A DNA stretch of 64,000 nucleotides from Mobula hypostoma. Its lineage: Eukaryota. The stretch is taken from NCBI RefSeq assembly GCF_963921235.1, contig NC_086108.1, forward strand, positions 40,426,001-40,490,000, written 5' to 3'. The notes below the pieces were generated by a model. That model saw only the letters and a program-made list of their open reading frames with translations, was not told the DNA's origin and ran no database searches. The position numbers were made by a program, and so were the translations under genes. Below are positions 1 to 11,132 of this stretch, piece by piece (position 1 is the first letter of the stretch; each line of letters starts with the position of its first letter).

Positions 1-170
1 TATGGTCACTCTTACCCAAGGGGCCTCTCATGACAAGATTGCTAATTAACCCTTCCTCATTGCTCAAAACCCAGTCTAGAATAGCCTGCTCTCTAGTTGG
101 TTCCTCGACATGTTGGTTCAAAAAACCATCCCGCATACATTCCAAGAAATCCTCTTCCTCAGCACCTTTA
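1..170 (-). mobile_element. CR1 LINE ORF2 fragment (end of APE endonuclease)
   Basis: Minus-strand translation GAEEEDFLECMRDGFLNQHVEEPTREQAILDWVLSNEEGLISNLVMRGPLGKSDH, typical of the CR1 endonuclease C-terminus. Confidence 0.85.
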
Positions 171-1840
171 CCTGTTCTTGCATATTCTTCAGTAGTTTCT
201 CCACTATAGGGGTTTATTCCTCTTGCTGTGTCCAAGAAACCCAGTCCTGATAGGTAACCCTTGCCTTTTGAAGCTTGCAGTTCTGACAACAGATCTGCAA
301 ACTTCTGTAGCTTCTGTGATTCTTTGTGTGAGAGCTTTGGAAAATGATTGAGTCTGCTGAAGGGAGATTCTTCGATTGTCTCTGGAGAGCCAAAGAATTG
401 CCCATCCTTTGCCACAACATTTGTAAAACCTTAGCTGGATTACTATGTGCACTGCTCTAACCCTTCTTGCATGTTACAGTGACTCCCCACCAAGCCACTT
501 ACAAAGAAGGTCTAGCTCTTTGCTAGGCCTGAGACTTAATCCAGCCATGGAGTTATGAAAGCTTGACTTCCAGGCCAGATAATTGGCAGACTGGTTGTCA
601 GACACTTTTAGTCCTGCTGTGACTAGTCTCAATGAGCTAGACACCAAGCCAAATCTTATGCACCTGCAGCTCCAGAATGAAGGCAATGGGTGTCGTAGGA
701 TAGATGGAAGTTCCGTCTGTCCATGTCTGTCAAATGGGATTGGCATCAGTAGTAACACTTGACTGAGGTCTTTGCTGTGGTGAATCTGCAGAAAGGTGTG
801 TTGTGGGTCTTTGTTTTAAGACCTTGACTGTCTTAACTGGATTACGTCAAAGGCCTGTTGGCTGTCTGGTGTGGACAGCTTCTCCTTGTAGAGCTGAAGC
901 TCGGTCTTTTTTTATAGCCAAAAGTAATTTGGACATATTCTTTAGTAAGCTTCATTGTGTGTTGTGATGGCAAAGCATGGCAGATTCTAGTTATAAACTC
1001 ACCCCTGTCAGCTGCTGCTTCATACACTTTTGCTTCTGCTGAGGCAGCCTCGGCTTCACACTCTTCCTTGAGACCACTTAAAGTAGCCTCTACACTTGCT
1101 CTCTCCACGTCCATGCGAGATTTCTCCATTTTACACCTCAGCTTTACACTTAACATAAGCTGCTGTCATTCTTGCTGCTTCAGCTCTGGCATACGGTCAT
1201 GCTGTAGTTACGCTAATGGTGGATTTGTTTGAGCATCGCTAAGATACGGTTGATGCGCCACATTCTGACCTGACTTCCAGTTCTTGGCAATTGCTGTTGT
1301 CCGGGTCGGGAGCTGACATTGTCATATATGGTGTTCAGATGCATCTCCAGTCTGCGGGCGATGCCTCTGAAGATGAATTAACTTTTTACTCTACTGTTCC
1401 CTCTCAGAGTGTACATACAAAGTTGTTCAGCAAATTAAACACCTTCTCAACTGAGACTGAAGTTTTCTTTAGGATATTTAATGAGATCTTAGTTGTGAAA
1501 GTATATTGTTGTTTCAAAGGCAAATAAAGAGAGGATGGAGATGGTGTGCCTCAAAGTGAAATCTAAATTAACCCACACAGAAAATGATATAAAAACAGCT
1601 TACGTACAGGAAATGATGTTCATACAAAGCGAACTGTGCCTCCAGAGACCAGAGCATCCACAGTAACAATTATTTTGTTCTCCTTTACACTTGCGTACAG
1701 GAAATAACATTAAACAATCTTCAGTCTTGAATTCTGAAGTTCTCAATGAATGCCTCTCCAATGAACATCAATGAACATGATTTTATGTCCATTATATTCC
1801 ATTGCATCGCTTCAATGGGACAGAATCAAAATGTCCCACA
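171..1840 (-). mobile_element. Decayed BEL/Pao LTR retrotransposon 5' portion (gag, probable LTR ~1394-1840)
   Basis: ORF pieces 842-1156 (coiled-coil EAEAASAEAKVYEAA) and 474-758 (NYLAWKSSFHNSMAGLSLRPSKELDLLCKWLG) resemble fish BEL/Pao Gag (DUF1759 region); LTR limits approximate. Confidence 0.7.
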
Positions 1841-1908
1841 CCCAGTGATTGGTTTCAAATGCCTCAATGTATCAGTTGAGGTTACATTGTAAACCGATTT
1901 ATTTCCTG

Positions 1909-2043
1909 AACACGAGAGATTCTGCAGATGCTGGAAATTCAGATCAACCCACACAAGATGCTGGAGGAACTCAGTGGGTCAGGCAGCATTGATGGAGAAG
2001 AATAAACAGTCAACTTTTCAGACCGAGTCCCTTCACTAGGACT
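1909..2043 (-). repeat. Penelope terminal-repeat-derived short element
   Basis: ctgcagatgctggaaat...gctggaggaactcag...ggcagcat, homologous to the terminal repeat at 49960-50100. Confidence 0.7.
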
Positions 2044-2471
2044 TATTGCTTTTTTGAAGACCTGTTCTCATTTTAATTGATACATAATTATACCATCTGT
2101 AATTTCATATCTCCAGAATAACCCATAACAGAAGATACTCAAGTTTTTCCACTTTCGTGTTCAGAATATTAAACTTTTTTTAACAAAAGAAACTGAACCT
2201 GTTGGGATTCTCACCAAGATGGGCAACTTCCATAGACAGATTAAAAAAAAGTTAATGCAAGTTAACAAAGTTAGATGAGGTGGATCTGAATGGTTAATTC
2301 TCTTTCTTATTCTGCAGATGTCTTCTGACTTGTTGAGTGTTTCCAACATTTTCTCTTTTTGTTTCAGATTTCCAAAATACTGTAGACAGTTTTTTAAAAA
2401 AGAGCTTGTGTGAAAATTGAAAGAAAACATACTCAGAACATGTTTATTAAAAAAGATTTTTTTTTTCACAG

Positions 2472-2597
2472 CCCAAGTGTGCTCAGTATTGGCCCACCAT
2501 GGATGTAAAGTCCATGTACTTTGGTGACTTCTCTGTGAGAATTAGTGAGGAGAAGTTGTGTCCAGACTATGTTATTCGGAAGCTCTTCATTTCACAG
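2472..2597 (+). CDS. PTPRC: CD45 exon, PTP D1 (PKCAQYWPTMDVKSMYFGDFSVRISEEKLCPDYVIRKLFISQ)
   Basis: tttcacag acceptor and gtaaat donor; KCxxYWP motif; aligns by eye with human CD45 NKCAEYWPSMEEGTRAFGD...CPDY. Confidence 0.95.
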
Positions 2598-2693
2598 GTA
2601 AATCACTCTATTGCCTTCTGTTCCAGTCATTCTTAAACTTTGCTTTGGCTAACTAAAGAGACTATTAATTGATATTTTGCTGAATTCCTTCAG

Positions 2694-2848
2694 AAGGAAA
2701 AATCTCCAGAGAGAGAAGTCACACACATACAATTCACCAGCTGGCCAGACCATGGTGTTCCAGAAGATCCACATCTTCTTCTCAAATTGCGTCAGAGAGT
2801 TAATACCTTCAGAAACCTATTTAGTGGTCCAATCGTTGTACACTGCAG
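2694..2848 (+). CDS. PTPRC: CD45 exon, D1 WPD loop to HCS ([52 protein letters not shown])
   Basis: AG/GT boundaries; near-identical to mammalian CD45 D1. Confidence 0.97.
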
Positions 2849-2959
2849 GTAATTGGGGCATGGCTCTGTCATAGCCTGGAAGTAATTGCTTTCTTGTTGT
2901 TACTAATTTGCTTGTCTCATAAATGGAATTATCATAATGCAATATAGAGATACATCCGA

Positions 2960-3930
2960 GAATACACTGGGATGCATAATTAGTGATGTAAGCTGGGGTC
3001 ATTGGGTGTATTGGGTCTTTCAACATCAGGCACTCTCGCTCAGGTGACCCAGCCAGTGTTGATCAGGTGCCAGCTTGTGTCGTAACAGTATTGGTCCACA
3101 GGTCATACCTCTTGATCCATAGTCATCTGGAGGCATCAACAGCATCCTCTGTGACGGTTCAGATAGCTCTTCTCTTTCTAGCTCCCAGTAATGCCAAGGA
3201 GAGAGTAGGTTCTACAGAGTGAGCAGCCAGCAAAACCTCTGTGCCCCATCACTACGGACTGGCATCGTGCCCTCCACCCCTGTCTCTGGTGCTGCTCTGC
3301 CAGCTGCTGGTATTCGGCCTTCTTACGTTTGGACACCTCCTTAATCTGGTATTCCAATTGCATGTCAGTCCTACCATGACCACCTATTTTGAAGTGTCTG
3401 GCAGAATGACCATGTCAGGTCTCAGTGATGATGATGTAATGAAGTCAAGAAACTTTAATTGCTTACCAAGATCGACTGTCAGTTGCCAGTCAGATGCCAT
3501 GGCGAGCAAGCCTGCCGGTAATCTGGGCTGAGGCTGTGATTGGTCTCCAGTTTTGACAAAGGCTATGGGCTTTCTTGGTTGGCAGAGGTGCTTACTGTTA
3601 TTAATGGCCAAGGAGATATTTTCTTCCATTACCTTCAGTACCTGCTCATGGTGTCAGGAGTAGCGGCCTTCTCCCGAGGCTTTCAGGCAGCTGTTGAGGA
3701 TGTGTCCCAGGATCCCACTGCTAGGGCAGAGAAAACATAATGGTGCCTCACAGTTGCCCCATTCAGAAGGTTCATTAGACTATGCAGGATGTCATACATA
3801 GCCTGGATCACGAACTTGACGCACTGGGATTCTGTCTGCCGGGTGCTGGACCTGGCAATGCCATGCCCAATGTGATCAAAAACTATACATCAAGTGAGCG
3901 AGCTAATACTCCTGTTTGAGGGTGATCCTA
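2960..3930 (-). mobile_element. 3' fragment of an RLE-type non-LTR retrotransposon (HERO/NeSL/R4-like) in a CD45 intron
   Basis: ORFs 3384-3629 and 3178-3363: DWQLTVDL...LRPDMVIL...KRKKAEYQQL...GW...GHRGF, the restriction-like endonuclease motif series. Confidence 0.75.
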
Positions 3931-4724
3931 TATAAGGAAAATACAATTAAATATTCTTGGTTTTGTGAAAGTAGCATAGCTATTCTTTGAGTGAAAATGT
4001 TTTCTCTGCCTCTCTCTGATCTTTCAACTAATGACTTCAATTTATCTTCCTTAATTCTCAACTGGTAGGAATTGACCCTTCCTGATCACTCTGCCAGGCC
4101 CCTCATTACTCTTTACACTTTAGGAGAATTTTCCCTTAATTTCTTTTGTTTAATGAGTACAACATAGCCTGGTGTACACTTTCCCAGCACTGGTCAAATC
4201 TTTCTAAATCTCTTGTACACGCTCTGTGGTACTGGTCCATCCTTCTTACTCTACACTTATCAGATTCTCCTTTCCCTTCGAATGTCTGTTACTGGCTATT
4301 CATAATGTGAATGAAGAGAGTGCATTGAATAATAAATATACCAATTAACATCATCTTCATTCATGTGGTGGGAGTATGAGTGTGATGTCCAACAAGCTCT
4401 TTTTCTTCCAGAAAGAAACATCCCAGGAATCAGGTCTATAATTTATGTGTATTTATCAGCCATTTGCTTTTAGATATGAAACAATTCTATTGATTTTATT
4501 CACATGCTTTAGCTTCCATTTTGTGGCAGTTCTTCAAAATATTGCAGTTGTTATAAATTCTAACACAAACCAGAAAATGCTGGAAACTCTCAGCGGTGGT
4601 GGAAGGGGGGATGTGAACTCTTTCTTGATTCACACACAGATTCCTGAGCGCATCTGGCGAGTTTGAATATTCTTGAGAGCATGGTGAGACAGCATGTTTA
4701 ACTATTTGCCACATTTCTTCACAG

Positions 4725-4860
4725 TGCCGGGGTGGGTCGCACGGGCAGCTACATTGGAATTGATGCCATGTTGCAGGCCCTGGAGGCTGAAGGACGAGTG
4801 GATGTCTATGGTTACATAGTTCAGCTCCGTCGGCAGCGCTGTCTCATGGTGCAGGTTGAG
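4725..4860 (+). CDS. PTPRC: CD45 exon, D1 P-loop ([45 protein letters not shown])
   Basis: Completes the catalytic [10 protein letters not shown] motif; cacag/gtacg splice sites; phase consistent. Confidence 0.97.
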
Positions 4861-5459
4861 GTACGCTAATCATTGCATCACTCGCTCTCTCTGCTGAATT
4901 ACAAAGGACAGGGAGAGAATTCAAGCTTATTGACACATCCACTTTCTATAAGTGCACTATCTCGGCAATGGGGATTGGAAACTATTCAGTGAGATGCAAT
5001 GCTTTCCCTGTATTGGATATGCTTCACATTTCATACCTCTCACAATATATGGATACCACTTGGCCAGTCAGATCTTGGGTAGCTCTCAGAGCGATCTCAT
5101 CAATCTCATTTCTCCACCTTACATTTTCCCAGCAATCTCTTCTTTCACACATCCATCTATCCCACCCTGCTTCTGCAACCAAATTATACCGGGAAACTTG
5201 CATTGACCAATTAGTCTGCATATCGTTGAGTAAGGGCCATTGAAATTGTCACAGTGCCACACAGCACAGAAATGCTGAGTCAACACCAACCATCGAGCAC
5301 CCATTTTAGAGTAATTCTTCAGCAATTTCAAGTAATTCTCCCACAGTCCCATTATTTCCTCCACTGCACTTTGCCCTTCACACATCAGCATTCTACACAG
5401 ATTTGTGCAGTGTGGCAAATTTTGTACTGATTGCTCAGCCCATTCTTCCTTTCACAGAG

Positions 5460-6910
5460 CCAGAATCAGGTTTAATATCTCTGGCATATGTCATGAAATT
5501 TGTTGTTTTGCAACACCACTACATTGCAATACGTAATAATTATTTAAAACTTTAAAGGGCAATAAGAAATATATATTTAAAATTAAATAAGTAAGTAGTG
5601 CAAAGTGAGAGCAAATGAAATAGTGAGTTAATGTGATTGGGTTCATTGCCCATTCAGAAATCTGATGGTGGAGGGGAAGAAGCTGTTTCTAAAACATTGA
5701 GTGTGTGTCTTCAGGCTCCTGTTTTTCCTCCTTGACAGTAGCAATGAGAAAAGAGCACGTACTGGGTGATGGGGTTCATTTTGATTGATGCTGATTTCCT
5801 GAGGCATTATCTTTTGAAGGTGTCTTGCATGCTGGAGAGGCTAGTGACCAGTGTGAAGAGTTGGATGTGTTTATAACTTTCCTCAGCTTTTTCTGATCCT
5901 GTACTGTGGAAATCCAAGCAACACATACAAAATTCTGGAGGATCTCAGCTGGCCAGGCAGCATCAATGGAAAAGAGTAAACAGTCAACATTTCGGGCCTG
6001 ATAGAGGGTCTTGACCCGAAACGTCGACTGTACTCTTGTTTGTAGATGCTGCCTGACCTGCAGAGTTCCTGCAGCATTGTGTGTGTGGTGCCTGATACTC
6101 AGGTTTTTGTTCTCACACAACTTGTCAAGACTCTCTCCCACCTCTCTGTATGCTGACTCATCATTGTTGCTCATGAGGCCAAGCACTGTTACATCATCCG
6201 CGAACTTGACGACGTGGTCTGAGCTAGATTTGTCAGTGCAGTCTTGAGTCAGTAGCATGAACAGCAGTGGGCTGAGAACTTAGCCCTGGGGGGGCGGAGG
6301 GGGCACCAGTGTTCAGTGTGATGGAGCTTGAGATGTTACTGCCAACTCGGACTGACAGGGGTCTTTCTGTCAAGACAAGATCCAGTTACAGAGAGGGGTG
6401 TTAAGTCCAAAAGAGAACAGTTTACCAACCAGCCTCTGAGAGATGATTATGTTAAATGCCAAGCTGAAGCTGATGATATGAGGCATCATTTTCTAGGTGG
6501 GAGGCAGGGTGGAAAACCAGGACTATAGCGTCATCAGTGCGTGGGTCTGAGCAGTAGGCAAAATGGAAAGGGCTAATGTAGCTGGAAGGTGGGATTTTAT
6601 ACAATGCATTGCCAGCTGCTCAAAGCACTTCATGATTGTACTTTTGTGTATCGGAATAGTGGTGGCTGATTTGAAGTCTGCAGGGTCAGTGAACTGTTGC
6701 AAAGAGATATTAACTATGTCTGTAAGACCCTGTTAGTTGGACTACACAGTCGCTCAGCACCTGACCCAGTACATTGTCTAGCCCCTCAGCTTTGCATGAG
6801 TTTATCCTGGCTAGGATCCTCCTCACCTCAGCTGTGGCCCTACAGGCTACCTGTTCCTCAGGGGGAGAGGAGACTTTCCTCAATGTTATGTCATTCATTT
6901 CTATTGAAAT
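5460..6910 (-). mobile_element. Rex1/Babar-like LINE fragment interrupted by a Penelope-repeat hairpin (~5905-6090)
   Basis: VVKFADDVTVLGLMSNNDESAYR RT motif in ORF 5776-6258; inserted inverted-repeat segment containing gaaacgtcgact. Confidence 0.75.
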
Positions 6911-7094
6911 CACCTCCCTACCCATTTACAGCTGAGAGGGAGAGGATTATAAGGCAAGAAATAAACTGTGGTTCTGTAAAAATCTATTGAGCTGGCAAGT
7001 AAGAAAGTTGAGATAGGATCTCAGGTTAGCTTGCTTTCGAAGCTTAGATTCTACTGCATTCTTTGTCAAATGAGATACCTTTCACCTACATACT

Positions 7095-7098
<4 letters not shown>

Positions 7099-7149
<51 letters not shown>
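7099..7149. repeat. (GT)n microsatellite
   Basis: About 25 GT units. Confidence 0.95.
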
Positions 7150-7151
<2 letters not shown>

Positions 7152-7319
7152 TGTGAAAGATCCATCATTGGAATTAGACTTAGGAAGATCAAGTTAGTTT
7201 TCAGGATTGCTAATTGATTCATCCAGTCACCCCGCTATCTGAAGCACTTTCAAAACCAGTGATTAACAATATTGACTTCATCCTGTCAACCAGTCACTTT
7301 TATCATTTGGCTTTGATGT

Positions 7320-7540
7320 GAAGGTGTTGAATCTGTGGAATTCATTGCCACAGACGGCTGTGGAGGCCAAGTCATTGGGTATAGGTAGAGGAGGTAGATA
7401 GCTTCTTGATTAATGAGGGGCGTTAAATATTACACGGAGAGGACAAGAGAATGGGTTGAGAAGGATAATAAATGAGCCATGATAGAATGGTGAAGCAGAC
7501 TTGGTGGGCCTAATTCTGTTCCTATGTCTTATGGTATTAT
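7320..7540 (+). mobile_element. CR1 LINE 3' end fragment
   Basis: aatctgtggaattcattgccacag...gcagacttggtgggcctaattctgttcctatgtcttatggt, a 3' terminus repeated elsewhere (36010-36325, 44460-44635, 46600-46745). Confidence 0.7.
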
Positions 7541-7596
7541 AGTATTATGATGAGTTGTCTGAATGTATCGTGCCTTAATGCTATGTTCTGTTCCAG

Positions 7597-7746
7597 GCCC
7601 AGTACATTCTGATCCACCAGGCTTTGCTGGAGTACTACCTCTATGGTGAAACAGAGGTCAACCTGTCTGAATTGCCCAAATACCTCACCAATTTTAGAAA
7701 GAGGGACCCACCTACGGAGCCTTCCCTCCTGGAGGCAGAGTTCCAG
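7597..7746 (+). CDS. PTPRC: CD45 exon, D1 end and D1-D2 linker ([50 protein letters not shown])
   Basis: ttccag/gttag splice sites; the KRDPPxEPSxLEAEFQ motif is characteristic of CD45. Confidence 0.97.
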
Positions 7747-9760
7747 GTTAGTTCAACTAGCCAAGTACATAACCTCAGTGACAGCATGAGTGATGCCAAG
7801 CAAATGACAATTGCTGTTGAGATAAAGTTTAGAAGCCAGAATCATCTTGTCATGTTTAACTGGGATGATATACAGAAGTAATACTGAGTTGTTGCTAGAT
7901 TACTATGCATTTCACTTCAGAAAGGACATGGTATCGACTCAGTGGAACTTTACTCAGGCTTTATGGTTTAGATTCTGTTAACCAGTCTTGGATTCCTGCA
8001 CAATTTAGTTAAACTTTTAATATTTTGGATGGAATTGTTGAGCTGGATCGCGTAACAGCCAAACAAAACTAACACAATTGCTGCTGCCGGCAACCCTGTG
8101 GAGCTGCTATATTTGCAAGACATGTTCTCACTCCAATAATGGTTGCTTCAAAGTTGAAGATGTGTACTGGATCCTTTGTTAGCTATTAGCAATGAAACTT
8201 CAGCACACCTAAGCTTAATTGAGTGTTATTAAGCAGCCAGCAAAAGATACGACATCTGCCGGTCTCCAGCTACGAACAAAGCATGAATACGTGACTTATT
8301 CCTTTCGCTTTTACTATGCCCTACTCATGTGACTAGTTACCATAACAAACATCATAAACCTGCAACACAAAATACAGTGCAAAAACAGAGCAGATGCATG
8401 GTTTCTACAGATAGGATAAAATCTGTTCTCCTAAAGGTGTGAGGGAATCAAGGCATTAAAATCAGCACCAGGCCATATAGCAGAGAAATTAGGAAATGCT
8501 TCTTTATGCAATAGTTTACTGAGTCATCTCCAATAAAGGACACTAGATGCTGGTTCCATTGGTAATTTTAAACTGGGAATCAATAGTCTTTCACCAGCTA
8601 ATGGCTTTAAGAGTCAAAACACCTCAATACTATCAGGAACAGTTTACCCATGGTCTCATTGAGAAATGGAATAGGCTCTGGGGAATTTGGAGTTATGAGG
8701 CTATAGAGGAATGCATGGCAGCTGACTGACTGGGCAAACTGCTGATATTGAAGGAGCCTAGCTGCGGCACTGCTCCACTGAATGGAATTATTCAGTGCCT
8801 TAGTGATCTACTGCACAGCAACAGCATGCAGAAACTGTCAACAGCCAACCCATTTCTAGAGTCTACGATACAGAACAGAAATGGTTCATTGCCCTTTACT
8901 TCACAGTGTAAACCCGTAGTGGAGAGAAACTAGTGTTATCCCCATAATATTTGTATGTTTGATTTGGGCCATAACATTTCTGGCAAACTATTGCTACTAA
9001 TCAGTCCCCTTTTCATCACCCTTTACTACTGGTTTCTGTTAGGTTTTCATAGCTGCTATTTTAATGCTGAACACTGAGTGCTGGGATATTTAAAAGGGAG
9101 CCTTAATTTCAGGACAACCTTCTGAAATCAAATACAATATTAAAATATATGACAGCCTTTTGTTTTATTTTAGAGATCATTGAGGGTTCTTACATTTTCA
9201 TGTTTAAATTTTGAAGTGGGTGGCAAGATGAAATGAGGTCCTGTTTTTGTAATAAATGGTGAAATGATGAATAACAATTTGAAAGGAAACTCGTGAATTT
9301 GTGGAATTATGTGGGATTAAGAACTCAAAACCAAATCAGTGCCTGAAGGACACATACTGAGGAGACTTTATGTCTAACAATATCGAAAGGTGATTATAAC
9401 ATACGTTCATAATACACTGGTTAAATATGGAACCAGCTGTTGGTGATAGAAGCGGTGCTGGACTTTTGCTAAAATTCGGAAATTCTCAGCATTTCCTTTT
9501 TGAAGATCTTCACTCAACATTAACATGGGTGAGGAACCAAAAGAATCTGTTCAACTAGAAAAAGAATATCAGAAACAATTTTGAGAGGAACTAAAATGTA
9601 CAATGATAACCTGAAGAATCTGGCAATTCAAACTGTACTTCTCAATGTCATAATATTTTGGAAGAAAGCAAACATTAAATGATTTGTTTTATTATGTCAG
9701 TATAAATAGATTTTATCATGTTATACAAACATCACTATTTGTTATCCCTAAATATTTCAG

Positions 9761-9851
9761 AGGATTCCATTTTATACTGAATGGAGATCCCAGACAGCAG
9801 CAAGACACGCTGATAATCAAAGCAAAAACCAATCACTTTCAGTGATCCCAT
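9761..9851 (+). CDS. PTPRC: CD45 exon, D2 start (RIPFYTEWRSQTAARHADNQSKNQSLSVIP)
   Basis: tttcag/gtgagt splice sites; frame continuous with the neighbouring exons. Confidence 0.93.
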
Positions 9852-10995
9852 GTGAGTATTGCAATTTCTCTCTATGTCAGATTATTTTTCTCCCTTATTT
9901 TCTCTTCCACTTCTTTTTTTCCTCTCCCCCTCTCTCCCCTGCCCGCCCCCCCACACACACACACACACACGCACACGTTTCATGGGATTATTCAGATTTC
10001 TACCACAACAGCACTTTGTTCTATTTTTCTGAAGTCATACAGCAATACAGTATGGATGCAATTCCTTTGGCCCAACCACTGTTCCCATCTAACTTGTCCC
10101 AATTTCTTCTGTTTGGCCCACATCATCCCAACCCCACATCATCCATCTGCTTCTTAACTGTTACTATTGTACCTGCCTCGATAATTTCCTCTGACAGTTT
10201 GTTCCATGTACTCACCTCCTGTGTGAAAAGCTGCCCCTTCGGTTCCTTTTAAATCTTACCCCTCTCACCCTACACCTATGCCCCCTGGTTTTTGGTCTCC
10301 TCTGTCCTGGGGGAAAGAATGTTGCCATCCACCTTATCTGCCCCTCTCATAGCTTTAAATACCTCTGTAATGTGACCCCTCATTCTCCTATATTTCAATA
10401 AAGACCTGGCCTGGCCGGCTTCACCCCATGACTCAGGCCTTTGAGTCCTGGCAACATCATCGTAAATCTTCTCGGCACTCTTTCCAGTTTAGCCACATCT
10501 TTCCAATAATACCTTGACTAAAACAATATTGCTTGGCTGCCTGGAGGAAAAGCAAAGAAGCAAATTGGGTGTAAGGATTTAAGAGTTACCATGGCATTAT
10601 GGTTATTGTTGCACTGGTATCCAGCTGCCAGGATTGTTGATTTGGAGGCTAAAACATGAAGCCTGGGAAGCCAATTTCAGTAGTAGTGACTGATAATCTA
10701 CCAGCTTATCATGAGCACTTACTTGCTTCATCAGTGCTCTTTAAGGAAAATCTGTTATCCTTGCCTGGTCTAGCCTTTCTGTGACTCCAGATTAATAGTA
10801 ATGTTGCAGACCCTGCAGTCACTGTGTCTCCTGGACTCTGAAATGTCAAAGCTAGTCACCCATTTCAAGGACAATATGTATCACCCAAGCTCGTAGTTTC
10901 ACATTTCATATATGTATAAATAGAACATAATTTTTACTTTGAAACTCATCCTGAAATGCAGACTAAATGTGGTTTATGAATTTCTTTTTCTAAAG

Positions 10996-11132
10996 ATGAC
11001 TACAACAGAGTTTATGTCAAATTGGAGAGTGACAAAAGCAAGGAGAATGAAAATCTAAGTGACACTGAATCGAGCTCTGATGATAGTGATGATGAAGAAT
11101 CCACAAGATATATCAATGCTTCCTACATAGAA
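10996..11132 (+). CDS. PTPRC: CD45 exon with D2 acidic insert (YDYNRVYVKLESDKSKENENLSDTESSSDDSDDEESTRYINASYIE)
   Basis: A Ser/Asp/Glu-rich insert between YDYNRV and YINAS is diagnostic of CD45; taaag/gtatgt splice sites. Confidence 0.96.

Noticed and set aside
1..2470. Additional upstream CD45 exon (DFWRMIWEQ region)
   Set aside because: Not found; the segment is occupied by CR1 and BEL remnants, so that exon lies upstream of the window
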